A stretch of DNA of 36,725 nt from Acidimicrobiia bacterium (GTDB taxonomy: Bacteria > Actinomycetota > Acidimicrobiia > Spongiisociales > ZC4RG35). The translations under genes and the position numbers were made by a program. The notes under the pieces were generated by a model. It was not told the origin of the DNA, made no database searches, and saw only the letters and a list, made by a program, of their open reading frames with translations. Positions 16,768-25,497 of the stretch are shown piece by piece; the stretch's first letter is position 1, and each line of letters starts with the position of its first letter. The stretch lies in assembly GCA_041303885.1 (NCBI GenBank), contig JBFYOJ010000035.1, positions 1 through 36,725 on the forward strand, written 5' to 3'.

Positions 16768-16791
16768 CTATCGGCATAGGTGAAATACCAT
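16768..16791 (+). promoter_or_regulatory. 24-nt AT-rich element shared with the second suf unit (copy 1)
   Basis: CTATCGGCATAGGTGAAATACCAT ends 2 nt before GTG16794. It shares 18/24 ungapped identities with the copy at 25315-25338 (- strand), including a perfect AAATACCAT and CTATCG. TACCAT fits a -10 TANNNT. Confidence 0.45.
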
Positions 16792-16793
16792 CC

Positions 16794-18080
16794 GTGAGTC
16801 CCTCTTCGGAGCCCCTTTTGACCGCGTTCGACCCAGAAAACCTCGCCCGGATCAAGGATTCCGCACCGTTGTGGCGGACGGAATCGATGAGTGCCGCCTA
16901 CGACGTCTACACCCGGTTGGCCGAGCCGACCGGTGTCGAGGAGGACTGGCGTTACGTCGACTTCGATCTCGCCTTCGCAGATCTGACGCCCGTGCAGGAC
17001 CCCGGAGCGGCGCTCGAACCCGGCCCATTCGTCGACTCCCTGGCCAGTCGGTCCGGCCATGTCCTCATTGTCGATGGGTCGATCGCCGACGTCAGCTCCG
17101 ACGTCGCCACGGTGACGAGGTTCTCCGATCTCGTTGCAGACCCCGGGATACCGGACATGTTGCGGGTCCATCACAGCAAGCTGGCCGCGGCCCACACTGC
17201 ATTCTCCGCCGACGGGGTGCTCATCGAGCTCCCAGGCGGGGTGGTGATGGAAACCCCGCTCGTGGTCGAGGTCCAGGCGGCGACCGCTGGTTCGGCCACT
17301 TTTCCACATCTCTTTGTCAAGGTGGGTGAGAATGCCGAGGCCATGGTCGTCGTGGTGTATCGGTCCGCCGAAGGCGCAAGTCTCCTGCTGATCCCCAGGG
17401 TCGACCTCGAGGTCGGGGACGCGGGACGGCTGCGGTTCCTCTCCGTGCAGAGCCTCGACCAGGCGGCCACCTCGGTGATCCATCAGCGCGTGACCCTGGG
17501 ACGCGACGCGACATCCCGGATCGGTGAGGTCGGACTGGGTGGCAAACTCGGCCGGCTGGATCTCGAGGTGAGCCTCGCCGGCAACGGCTCCTCCTCCGAG
17601 GTGGTCGGCCTCTACTTCGGGGAGGGCAGCCAGACCCTCGACTATCGCATGCTGATCGATCACGAGGGCAAGAACACGACGTCTGACGTCTTTCTGAAAG
17701 GTGCGGTCGAGGACGACGCCCAGAGCGTGTTCACCGGCCTCCTCCGGATCGAGAAGGACGCCACCCGGACCTCGACTTTCGAGACCAATCGCAATCTGGT
17801 CCTTTCCGAGAACGCCAAGGCACACTCGGTGCCGAACCTCGAGATCCTGTGCAACGACGTGATATGCGGGCACGCCTCGTCGGTGGGACCACTGGAGTCG
17901 GAGCACCTGTACTACCTGCAGAGCCGCGGGCTCTCCCGGGAGCGCGCAGAGCGGCTTCTCATCCGGGGCTTCTTCCAGGAAGTGATCGACCGCCTCCCCA
18001 TCGACGGGCTCGAGGCGCCGGTGTCCGAGGAGGTGTTCCGACGGTTCGTTGCCGCACAGGAAGCGGGTCGGGTCGCATGA
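16794..18080 (+). CDS. sufD: Fe-S cluster assembly protein SufD (SufB/SufD family)
   Basis: 428 aa. It has EEDWRYVDF near the N-terminus, a beta-helix core, and the C-terminal block NLEILCNDVICGHASSVGPLESEHLYYLQSRGLSRERAERLLIRGFF. It is too short for SufB and lacks the SufB N-terminal region. An alternative start is TTG16818, 6 nt after GGAG (16808-16811). Confidence 0.85.
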   Translation: MSPSSEPLLTAFDPENLARIKDSAPLWRTESMSAAYDVYTRLAEPTGVEEDWRYVDFDLAFADLTPVQDPGAALEPGPFVDSLASRSGHVLIVDGSIADVSSDVATVTRFSDLVADPGIPDMLRVHHSKLAAAHTAFSADGVLIELPGGVVMETPLVVEVQAATAGSATFPHLFVKVGENAEAMVVVVYRSAEGASLLLIPRVDLEVGDAGRLRFLSVQSLDQAATSVIHQRVTLGRDATSRIGEVGLGGKLGRLDLEVSLAGNGSSSEVVGLYFGEGSQTLDYRMLIDHEGKNTTSDVFLKGAVEDDAQSVFTGLLRIEKDATRTSTFETNRNLVLSENAKAHSVPNLEILCNDVICGHASSVGPLESEHLYYLQSRGLSRERAERLLIRGFFQEVIDRLPIDGLEAPVSEEVFRRFVAAQEAGRVA

Positions 18081-18388
18081 AGATCGAGATCGGGGCGATC
18101 GACACCCTGCCGCGCGGACGCGGGGTCCGGGTCACCGTCGGTGAAGAGAGGATCGCCATGTTCCGGATCGGGAACGAGGTCTATGCAATCGGCGATCGGT
18201 GCTCCCATGCCGAGGCTTCGCTGGCTGAGGGAGAGGTATTCGACCATGAAGTCGAGTGCCCCCGCCACGGGTCCGAGTTCGATCTGGCCACCGGAGAGGC
18301 TCTCTCCCTGCCTGCCACCAAGCCGGTGCCCACCTATCCGGTGTCCATCGAGGGCGGGACCGTCTATCTCCTCCTGGAGGACGGATGA
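18077..18388 (+). CDS. Rieske [2Fe-2S] ferredoxin-like protein
   Basis: 103 aa. ATG18077 overlaps the sufD stop (ATGA). The Rieske ligands are CSH (DRCSHAEASL) and CPRHG (ECPRHGSEFD). The position between sufD and sufC is the usual actinobacterial one. Confidence 0.85.
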   Translation: MKIEIGAIDTLPRGRGVRVTVGEERIAMFRIGNEVYAIGDRCSHAEASLAEGEVFDHEVECPRHGSEFDLATGEALSLPATKPVPTYPVSIEGGTVYLLLEDG

Positions 18389-19185
18389 CCGTCGCACTCG
18401 AAGTCAGCGCGCTCTCGGCAGGAGTCGAGGGAAAGCAGATCCTCGAGGGCCTCGATCTGCAGATCCCGTATGGCGAGGTGCACGCGATCATGGGCCCGAA
18501 TGGGTCGGGAAAGTCGACCCTCTGTCACGTCCTGACCGGGAAGGCCGGCTATGTGGTCTCCGGCGAGGCGACCTTGGACGGCACAGACCTGCTCTCGCTC
18601 GACGTGGATGAGCGCGCGCGGCTCGGTCTGTTGCAGAGCTTCCAGTACCCGACCGAGGTGCGTGGGGTCCGGCTCAGGGAGTTCCTCATCGAGGCCGCCG
18701 AGGAGCGTGGGTTGGATGAGCGCACTGCCCTCGATCGGATCGAGGCCGAGGCGGAACGATTCGACATGACCCGCTTCCTCGACCGTTCGCTCAATGACGA
18801 TCTATCGGGTGGGGAGATGAAGCGGTCGGAGATCTTCCAGATGGCCGTGCTTCGCCCGAAGGTCGCCCTGCTCGACGAGATCGACTCAGGTCTCGACATC
18901 GATGCGGTCAAACAAGTCGCCGAGGCGGTCGAGGAGATGCGGTCCCCCGAGTTGGGAGTCGTGATGATCACTCACTACAACCGCATCCTGAAGTACCTGG
19001 CCCCGGACCGCATCCATGTGATGATCGACGGGCGCATCGTCGACTCTGGAGGCGCCGAACTGGCCGAAGGCCTGGAGTCCGGTGGTTACGAGGCCGTCCG
19101 AGAGCGGCTCGGTTTGAAGAGGCCCGCTGACGAACCGGAACGCCGTCCCTCCGACTTCTTCACGGACACCCCGTTCGACCTGTGA
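18385..19185 (+). CDS. SufC-like ABC ATPase, divergent paralogue with C-terminal tail
   Basis: 266 aa. ATG18385 overlaps the Rieske stop (ATGA). Motifs: Walker A GPNGSGKST, signature LSGGEMKRSEIFQMAVL, Walker B ALLDEIDSGLDIDA, and ITHY. The extra tail is LKRPADEPERRPSDFFTDTPFDL. Confidence 0.85.
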   Translation: MTVALEVSALSAGVEGKQILEGLDLQIPYGEVHAIMGPNGSGKSTLCHVLTGKAGYVVSGEATLDGTDLLSLDVDERARLGLLQSFQYPTEVRGVRLREFLIEAAEERGLDERTALDRIEAEAERFDMTRFLDRSLNDDLSGGEMKRSEIFQMAVLRPKVALLDEIDSGLDIDAVKQVAEAVEEMRSPELGVVMITHYNRILKYLAPDRIHVMIDGRIVDSGGAELAEGLESGGYEAVRERLGLKRPADEPERRPSDFFTDTPFDL

Positions 19186-19242
19186 CCCGTCGGTGAGCGG
19201 AAATGCCCCACACGGAGTGTTGCCCGTTCACAGAATGCTCTG

Positions 19243-20319
19243 ATGGCGACCAAGGTCACCGCCGAGCGATGGCTTGCCCAACTGACCAATCTCCCCACCG
19301 CCTCCGGGCTGGAGCGCGAGGTCGTGGGGTGGGTGCGTTCCTGGGCCGCCCGACGTGCCGACCTGAGGCTAACCACGGACAGTGGTGGCAATCTCCTCAT
19401 CACGCAAAGAGGCCGGAAACAACATCCCCCTGTGCTCGCCGTCGCCCATATGGATCACCCGGCCTTCGTCGTCACCGAGGTGACGGGACGGGAGGCCAGG
19501 TTCGAATTCAGGGGCGGGGTCAGATCCGAGTACTTCGAAGGTGCCCGTGTCGTGTTCACGACGGGAGAGGGGGGCTCAGGACAGGTCCTCTCGTACCTGC
19601 CGGGCTCCAGGCATGGAGTGTTCCGGCTGAGCGGGCCGGCGCCCCGTCCGGGGGATGTCGGAATATGGCGTTTTGCCGCACGTAAGGCGCGGGCCGGACG
19701 ATTTCTCGCTCCGGCCTGTGACGACCTGGCCGGCTGTGCGGCCGCCCTCGCTGCTCTGGATCGGGCCCGGTCCCGGCCCAACCTGAGACACTTCGGAGTG
19801 CTGCTGACTCGTGCGGAGGAGATGGGCTTCGTCGGTGCCCTCCACGTCGCGAAGACGCAGAGCATCCCATCGAGGTCCCGCCTCCTTTCGATCGAGGCAT
19901 CCCGGACCTCGAGAGACGCCCCGATTGGCCAGGGGCCCGTGATCCGCGTCGGGGACGCCGCGACGGTCTTCGACCAGGCCCTGACCAACCTCATCTCGAG
20001 GGAGTCGGCAAGGCGGGGCATTCGCCACCAACGCAAGCTGATGGCGGGTGGATCATGTGAGGCCACCGCATTTGGGACCTATGGCTACAAGGCCACGGGT
20101 CTCTGTCTCGCCGTGGGCAACTATCACAACATGGGGAACCTCGACGACGTCGAAGCCGGTCGTGGGGAGGCCGTTCCGATGATGGAGGAGATCGCCCTCG
20201 ATGACTTCCACGACCTGGTCGACCTGCTCTTGGTGGCCGCGATGGCCGTCGACGGCCAGTCGGACCTACGTGATCGACTGGATGCCATCTACGCAGAAAC
20301 CAGTCATCTCCTGACCTGA
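19243..20319 (+). CDS. M42/M20-like metallopeptidase-family hydrolase
   Basis: 358 aa. VLAVAHMDHPAF, ACDDLAGCAA, TRAEEMGFVGA and GGSCEAT follow the metal-ligand spacing of M42 (FrvX/CelM-type) aminopeptidases. The call is from memory only. Confidence 0.55.
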   Translation: MATKVTAERWLAQLTNLPTASGLEREVVGWVRSWAARRADLRLTTDSGGNLLITQRGRKQHPPVLAVAHMDHPAFVVTEVTGREARFEFRGGVRSEYFEGARVVFTTGEGGSGQVLSYLPGSRHGVFRLSGPAPRPGDVGIWRFAARKARAGRFLAPACDDLAGCAAALAALDRARSRPNLRHFGVLLTRAEEMGFVGALHVAKTQSIPSRSRLLSIEASRTSRDAPIGQGPVIRVGDAATVFDQALTNLISRESARRGIRHQRKLMAGGSCEATAFGTYGYKATGLCLAVGNYHNMGNLDDVEAGRGEAVPMMEEIALDDFHDLVDLLLVAAMAVDGQSDLRDRLDAIYAETSHLLT

Positions 20320-20373
20320 GCCCGCTTCATCACGCTGCTCGCCATCGCTACCGTCGGGCGAAAAGGAGAGACG

Positions 20374-21765
20374 TTGGAGTACAGGATCGAGAAGGATTCG
20401 ATGGGCGAGGTGCGGGTTCCCGCCGACGCCTACTACGGGGCTTCCACCCAGCGGGCAGTCGACAACTTCCCCATCTCGAATCTTCGCTTCGGGCGCCGAT
20501 TCATCTCGGCGCTCGGGCTGATCAAGGGGTCGGCCGGCGAGGTGGCCGGCCGAGCCGGGCATCTCGAGCCGGACAAGGCGGCTGCCATTCGCCAAGCCGC
20601 CGACGAGGTCATGGCGGGGCAATGGGACGACCAGTTCGTCCTCGACATCTTCCAGACGGGTTCCGGGACATCCACCAACACGAACGCCAACGAGGTCATC
20701 GCCGCGCGGGCGACGGAAGGGCTGGGAGGAGAGCCGGGCTCTCGCCTGGTCCATCCCAACGACCATGTCAATTTCGGCCAGTCGTCCAACGACGTGATCC
20801 CCACTGCCATCCATGTGGCGGCGGTTGCAGCTATCCGGGAGGACCTGGTTCCGTCACTTCAGGTCCTGGCCGGATCGCTCGAGGACAAGGCAGCGGAGTT
20901 CGGCGACGTGGTCAAGTCAGGCCGGACTCACCTGATGGACGCCACGCCGGTGACGTTGGGTCAGGAGCTCGGTGGATTCGCGACCCAGATCCGAAAGGGC
21001 CTCGAGCGCCTGGACAAGGTCCTTCCCGAGCTCGAAGAGCTGGCACTCGGAGGAACAGCCGTGGGGACCGGCATCAATGCTCCCGAAGGTTTCGCCGCGG
21101 CAGTGATCGAGCTGATGAGTGATCGGACCGGGTATCCGCTTCGAGAGGCAGACGATCACTTCGAGGCCCAGGGATCCAAGGACGCAGTGGTCATGGCATC
21201 CGGGGCACTGAAGACCATCGCGGTCTCTCTGTTCAAGATCGCAAACGACATCCGCTTTCTCGGCTCCGGGCCCACATCTGGGATCGCAGAGATAAGGATC
21301 CCGGATCTGCAACCGGGGTCATCGATCATGCCGGGCAAGGTGAACCCGGTGATGTCGGAGATGACGATGCAGGTCGCTGCACAGGTGATAGGCAACGACG
21401 CGACCATCACGTGGAGTGGCGCCAACGGCAACTTCGAGCTGAATGTGATGATGCCGGTGATGGCTCACAACCTGCTCGAGTCGATCGCACTGCTCTCCAC
21501 GGCTGCGGCCACCTTCGCGACTCGTTGCATCGACGGGATCGAGGTCAACGACGGCCGTCCCCTGGAGCTGTTGGAGAAGAATGCCATCATCGTCACGGCT
21601 CTCAACCCGCACATCGGTTACGACAACGGGGCCAAGATCGCCAAGGAGGCGGTCAAGACGGGCCGCTCGGTCCGGGAGTTGGTGTTGGAGGCCGGGTTGA
21701 TGACGGAGGCCGAGCTCGATGCCGCACTCGACCTGAAGAGGATGACCGAAGGCGGAGTGATGTAG
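20374..21765 (+). CDS. fumC: class II fumarate hydratase
   Basis: 463 aa. The TTG start follows AAAGGAGAG. Motifs: [37 protein letters not shown], and the [11 protein letters not shown] signature loop. Confidence 0.95.
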   Translation: MEYRIEKDSMGEVRVPADAYYGASTQRAVDNFPISNLRFGRRFISALGLIKGSAGEVAGRAGHLEPDKAAAIRQAADEVMAGQWDDQFVLDIFQTGSGTSTNTNANEVIAARATEGLGGEPGSRLVHPNDHVNFGQSSNDVIPTAIHVAAVAAIREDLVPSLQVLAGSLEDKAAEFGDVVKSGRTHLMDATPVTLGQELGGFATQIRKGLERLDKVLPELEELALGGTAVGTGINAPEGFAAAVIELMSDRTGYPLREADDHFEAQGSKDAVVMASGALKTIAVSLFKIANDIRFLGSGPTSGIAEIRIPDLQPGSSIMPGKVNPVMSEMTMQVAAQVIGNDATITWSGANGNFELNVMMPVMAHNLLESIALLSTAAATFATRCIDGIEVNDGRPLELLEKNAIIVTALNPHIGYDNGAKIAKEAVKTGRSVRELVLEAGLMTEAELDAALDLKRMTEGGVM

Positions 21766-21813
21766 TCAGGCCTCGGGGGAGGGGGACGCCGCCTCTCAAG
21801 TTCCGAGCCAGAC

Positions 21814-22743
21814 CTAGCCCCCTTCGTCGGCCAGGAGTCGATCAGCACCAGCGAGGCTCCAGCGGAATCGGAAACGATCCTCCGGCACATCACGCCACGC
21901 CTCCTCGGCCTTGGCGTCGTAGACACAAATGAGCCGCTCCTGCCCGTGAAGCTCTGTGACCCGATAGGAGTAGTTGGGATCCGTTCCGAACCACAGTTTC
22001 ATCTTCTCCTCGTCCACTGGATCGTGGACGTGATACCGGCTGGCATCCTCTGGCCACCGGTAGGGGACGGAGACGATGACCACCTCGCACAGATCGATGA
22101 GGTGTCTGGCAAATGCCGTTGCGTCGGGCACATGCTCCAGCACCTGTAGACACAGCCCGACGTCGAACTTCCTCCCCGGTCGCCAGGTCAGGAAATCGGT
22201 TTGATGGGATTCGATGCCTTCGGCTCGATAGGGGACACGCAGATCCACGGAAACCCTGACCGGGACTTCTGGGAACCAGGAGAGAATCGGAGTGCCGTTC
22301 GAGCCAACATCCAGAACCGAGTTGGCATGGCTGGCGATTCTTTGCGCAATCTCACGCGTGATCTGTACATAGATGAACCGCTGGCGTCGTTTCCAATACT
22401 CGGTCGGGCTCTGATCTGTCCGCGACGCGATTTGGAGTCGGGCGAGCTCCCTCCTGGTGCCGGCATCCTCTGGATACTCGACGACTAGTTGCCTCAAGAC
22501 ACGACGCGCCTCGGTCAGGCGCGAGGACTTCCGATACGACAGCGCGGCGCGTCGCCCGGCAAACACCTTCTCTCTTGGCTCGGTGGCATCGTTGAAGATT
22601 GCCTCCCAGAGCGGACCCGACTCTTCCCAACGACCGGTCTCGTACGCCTCGTTGGCCTTCGACCTCCGTTCTTGCCAGGCGGAGACGCTGCCGGCTTGTG
22701 AGCGCCCTGTAGATCTCCACCTTCCGGTTTTGCCGGGCATCAT
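21814..22743 (-). CDS. class I SAM-dependent methyltransferase with helical (TPR-like) N-terminal extension
   Basis: 309 aa. An ATGATG start follows GAGAGGTGG. The MTase core is VLDVGSNGTP...FDVGLCLQVLEHVPDA. The N-terminal ~110 aa are helical and Arg/Glu-rich. There are visibly more A/T-ending codons than in neighbouring genes. Confidence 0.65.
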   Translation of the reverse strand: MMPGKTGRWRSTGRSQAGSVSAWQERRSKANEAYETGRWEESGPLWEAIFNDATEPREKVFAGRRAALSYRKSSRLTEARRVLRQLVVEYPEDAGTRRELARLQIASRTDQSPTEYWKRRQRFIYVQITREIAQRIASHANSVLDVGSNGTPILSWFPEVPVRVSVDLRVPYRAEGIESHQTDFLTWRPGRKFDVGLCLQVLEHVPDATAFARHLIDLCEVVIVSVPYRWPEDASRYHVHDPVDEEKMKLWFGTDPNYSYRVTELHGQERLICVYDAKAEEAWRDVPEDRFRFRWSLAGADRLLADEGG

Positions 22744-22877
22744 CCACCTCTCTCACACCGGGGGTTACCGAGTGTCCATCTACCTTCGCACGCCCCGGGT
22801 CAGTGCGCTCGTGTCGGTGACCAGCCTTCCCGAGGCAATACTGTCAGCCAACCTGGGCATCGGATTACGGTGCGGAG

Positions 22878-23336
22878 CTAGCTGTGGGCACCATCGCCGC
22901 CTAGTGCGTCGAGCAGAACGTTCCAACCGAGGCTGGCGCATTTGATCCGCACCGGGTACTTGCGCACACCCTGTAATGCTTCCAGATCTCCGAGCACTGC
23001 GCCCGGGCGCTCCGGGTCGATCCCGACGTCGGCTTCGCCGTCGAGGGACATCATGTCGCGGAACTGCCGGGTCATCGTCTCGATCTCGGCTCGGGTCTTG
23101 CCCTTGATCGCCTCGGACATCATCGATGCCGACGACTGGCTGATGGAGCATCCCTGCCCCGCCACCGCAATCTCGGCGACGACTTCCCCGTCGAATCTGA
23201 GCTCGATGGTGATCTCATCGCCGCAGAGCGGGTTCACCCCTTCGGCGACCGAATCCGGGTGGTCGAGATGCCCCTTGTTCCGGGGGTTGCGGTAGTGGTC
23301 GAGTATTACCTCGCGGTAGAGGTCCTCGAGGCTCAT
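22878..23336 (-). CDS. sufU: SUF sulfur-transfer/scaffold protein SufU
   Basis: The ORF track runs to 23474. The true start is ATG23336, overlapping the sufS stop (ATGA). The product is MSLEDLYREVILDHYRNPRNKGHL...NPLCGDEI...GQGCSISQSSASMM...IKCASLGW (152 aa), with the conserved Cys/Asp ligands. Confidence 0.9.
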   Translation of the reverse strand: MSLEDLYREVILDHYRNPRNKGHLDHPDSVAEGVNPLCGDEITIELRFDGEVVAEIAVAGQGCSISQSSASMMSEAIKGKTRAEIETMTRQFRDMMSLDGEADVGIDPERPGAVLGDLEALQGVRKYPVRIKCASLGWNVLLDALGGDGAHS

Positions 23337-24550
23337 GATCCGACCCCGAAGAGATCGCCGGCCCGGCGCAGCCCGTTCACCAGTGCGTCGATGTCCTCTT
23401 CGGTGTTGTACACGTAGAAGCTGGCGCGTGCCGTGGCGGCGACTCCGATCCGCCGCATCAGCGGCTTGGCGCAATGATGGCCTGCTCGGACCGCCACCCC
23501 GCCCTCGTCCAGGATCGTGGCCAGGTCGTGGGCATGGACTCCGTCCATCGACATCGAGATCACTCCGCCCCGGTCCTCGAGTTCGCGCGGGCCCTGGATG
23601 TGAATGCCGGGCACATCGCCGAGCCGGTCGAGTGCGATCTCGGTCAACTCCCGGTCATGTCTGAGCACCTGGTCCATTCCGATCGAGTCGAGGTAATCGA
23701 TCGCGGCATGCAGCCCGACCGCCTCCACGATCGGTGGTGTGCCCGCCTCGAAGCGATGCGGTATGTCTGCCCAGGTCGCATCGAAGAGGGTTACGTCGGA
23801 GATCATCTCGCCGCCCCCTTCGAAAGGCTCGGTCTCCTCCAGGGCATCCATGCGCCCCCAGAGCACTCCGATCCCGGTGGGCCCGAGCATCTTGTGCGAA
23901 GAGAACGCCAGGAAGTCCGCCCCCAGGTCGTTCACGTCGATCGTCGAATGTGGCACCAATTGGGCCGCGTCGACGACGACCCTCGCGCCGTGGCTGTGGG
24001 CAAGGTCGGCGATACGTCTCACCGGGGGCATCGTGCCGAGGACGTTGGACATCCCGGTGACGGCCACCACCTTCACGTCCGGGCCCAGTTTGGCCTCGTA
24101 GGCATCGAGGTCGAGCCGGAAGTCGTCTGTCATCGGGACGTGATCCAGCACGGCGCCGGTTCTCTTCGCCACCATCTGCCATGGAACGAGGTTGGCGTGA
24201 TGCTCGATCTCGGTCGAGATGATGCGGTCTCCAGGGTTGAGGTTCTGCTGGCCCCATCCGAATGCGACGGTGTTGAGCGAGGTCGTGGCGCCTCGGGTGA
24301 AGATGACCTCCCGCTCGTCGGTCGCCCCGATGAATCGAGCAACCCGTCTACGTGCGGCCTCATAGGCGTCGGTGGCGGCGACGGAGAGCTTGTACGCCCC
24401 GCGGTGGACGTTGGCATAGGAAGTCCTCGCGAAATGATCCATCGCCTCGAGCACGGGTATTGGCTTCTGTGATGACGCAGCCGAGTCGAGGAAGTGGACT
24501 CCGTTCGACAGGACCGGGAAGTCGGCCTTCAGATGCGAGAGATCGGTCAC
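23333..24550 (-). CDS. sufS: cysteine desulfurase SufS (group II)
   Basis: 405 aa with a GTG start 2 nt after the sufC stop. Motifs: YANVHRGAYKLS, the PLP Lys in FSSHKMLGPTGIGVL, and the catalytic Cys in RAGHHCAKPL. Confidence 0.95.
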   Translation of the reverse strand: MTDLSHLKADFPVLSNGVHFLDSAASSQKPIPVLEAMDHFARTSYANVHRGAYKLSVAATDAYEAARRRVARFIGATDEREVIFTRGATTSLNTVAFGWGQQNLNPGDRIISTEIEHHANLVPWQMVAKRTGAVLDHVPMTDDFRLDLDAYEAKLGPDVKVVAVTGMSNVLGTMPPVRRIADLAHSHGARVVVDAAQLVPHSTIDVNDLGADFLAFSSHKMLGPTGIGVLWGRMDALEETEPFEGGGEMISDVTLFDATWADIPHRFEAGTPPIVEAVGLHAAIDYLDSIGMDQVLRHDRELTEIALDRLGDVPGIHIQGPRELEDRGGVISMSMDGVHAHDLATILDEGGVAVRAGHHCAKPLMRRIGVAATARASFYVYNTEEDIDALVNGLRRAGDLFGVGS

Positions 24551-24552
24551 GT

Positions 24553-25308
24553 TCAGGTCAACACCGTCCGAAATGAATCGTATCCCTCTTCCTCGAGACG
24601 GGCTGCCAGCCCGGGCCCACCACTCTCGAGCACCTGTCCATCCATGAAGATGTGCACCTGGTCAGGTGTGACGTAGTCCAGGAGCCGCTGGTAGTGGGTG
24701 ATGATGAGGAACCCCCGTTCTGGCCCGGTCAGCTGGTTGACCCCCTCCGCCACCGTCCTGAGCGCATCGATGTCGAGACCCGAGTCCGTCTCGTCCATGA
24801 TCGCCAACTCGGGCTGGAGCACTGCCATCTGAAGGACCTCGTTTCGCTTGCGCTCACCGCCGGAGAACCCCTCGTTCAGGTAACGATCGGCAAAGGACGA
24901 TTCCATGCCCAGCTCCTTCATGGCATCCATCACCTTGAGCCTCAACTCGAGGACCGTGAGGTCGACACCGGTCCGGTTGGACAGAGCCTGCCGGAGGAAC
25001 TGGATCACGGACACACCGGGAATGGTCTCAGGGTGCTGGAAGGCGAGGAACATCCCTGCGGCTCCACGCTGACTGGCCGATACCCCGGTCATGTCCTCGC
25101 CCTTGTAGATGATGCGACCGTCGGTGACCTGATAAGCGGGATGCCCCATCAGAACCGAAGCCAACGTCGACTTGCCCGATCCGTTGGGGCCCATGAGCGC
25201 ATGGATCTCCCCCCGGTTCAACGTCAGGTCGACGCCCTTGAGGATTGGCACGTCGCCTGCAGAGGCGTGGAGATTCTCGATCTGAAGGAGGGGAGTCGGG
25301 TCGCTCAC
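24553..25308 (-). CDS. sufC: Fe-S cluster assembly ATPase SufC (canonical-looking copy)
   Basis: 251 aa with a GTG start. Motifs: GPNGSGKSTLASVLMGHPAY, LNEGFSGGERKRNEVLQMAVLQP, IMDETDSGLDIDAL, ITHYQRLLDY. Confidence 0.95.
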   Translation of the reverse strand: MSDPTPLLQIENLHASAGDVPILKGVDLTLNRGEIHALMGPNGSGKSTLASVLMGHPAYQVTDGRIIYKGEDMTGVSASQRGAAGMFLAFQHPETIPGVSVIQFLRQALSNRTGVDLTVLELRLKVMDAMKELGMESSFADRYLNEGFSGGERKRNEVLQMAVLQPELAIMDETDSGLDIDALRTVAEGVNQLTGPERGFLIITHYQRLLDYVTPDQVHIFMDGQVLESGGPGLAARLEEEGYDSFRTVLT

Positions 25309-25314
25309 CGGGCA

Positions 25315-25338
25315 ATGGTATTTGCACTACTGCGATAG
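25315..25338 (-). promoter_or_regulatory. 24-nt AT-rich element shared with the sufD unit (copy 2); leaderless-type geometry
   Basis: The minus strand reads CTATCGCAGTAGTGCAAATACCAT, then TGCCCG, then GTG25308. TACCAT ends exactly 6 nt before the start codon, and no SD is present. Confidence 0.45.
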
Positions 25339-25455
25339 GGGAAATGGGTTTGGTGTTCGATTTTCGGCCGCCTTTGCCCCTCAGCCACGCTCAGTGAGCG
25401 ACGATGGACGTGACGTCGCCGCACACCTCGGGGCGAACCGGCGCCGGTCGGCCGA

Positions 25456-25492
25456 GGCCGACTTCGCGCGGAGAGCATCGCCGAAGTCGGCC
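25456..25492 (-). terminator. GC-rich hairpin 5 nt downstream of the YbaK-like gene stop
   Basis: GGCCGACTTCG (25456-25466) and CGAAGTCGGCC (25482-25492) form a perfect 11-bp stem around a 15-nt loop that can pair a further 3 bp. No U-tract follows on the minus strand, so terminator function is uncertain. Confidence 0.35.
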
Positions 25493-25497
25493 GGGAT

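Noticed and set aside
21766-21813. Possible bidirectional terminator between the convergent fumC and methyltransferase genes
   Set aside because: I could not find a convincing stem-loop or U-tract in the 48-nt spacer, only G-runs (GGGGGAGGGGGA).
18385-25308. The two sufC genes as a recent inverted duplication able to flip the 5.4-kb segment between them
   Set aside because: The protein sequences are strongly diverged outside the ABC motifs, so the DNA cannot retain long identical tracts for homologous inversion. They are old paralogues.
25398-25419. Small hairpin/palindrome (GCGACG-N10-CGTCGC, containing GACGTGACGTC) upstream of sufC as an operator
   Set aside because: The arms are short, it is GC-rich as expected by chance in this genome, and it has no counterpart upstream of sufD. 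The shared 24-nt element is the better candidate.
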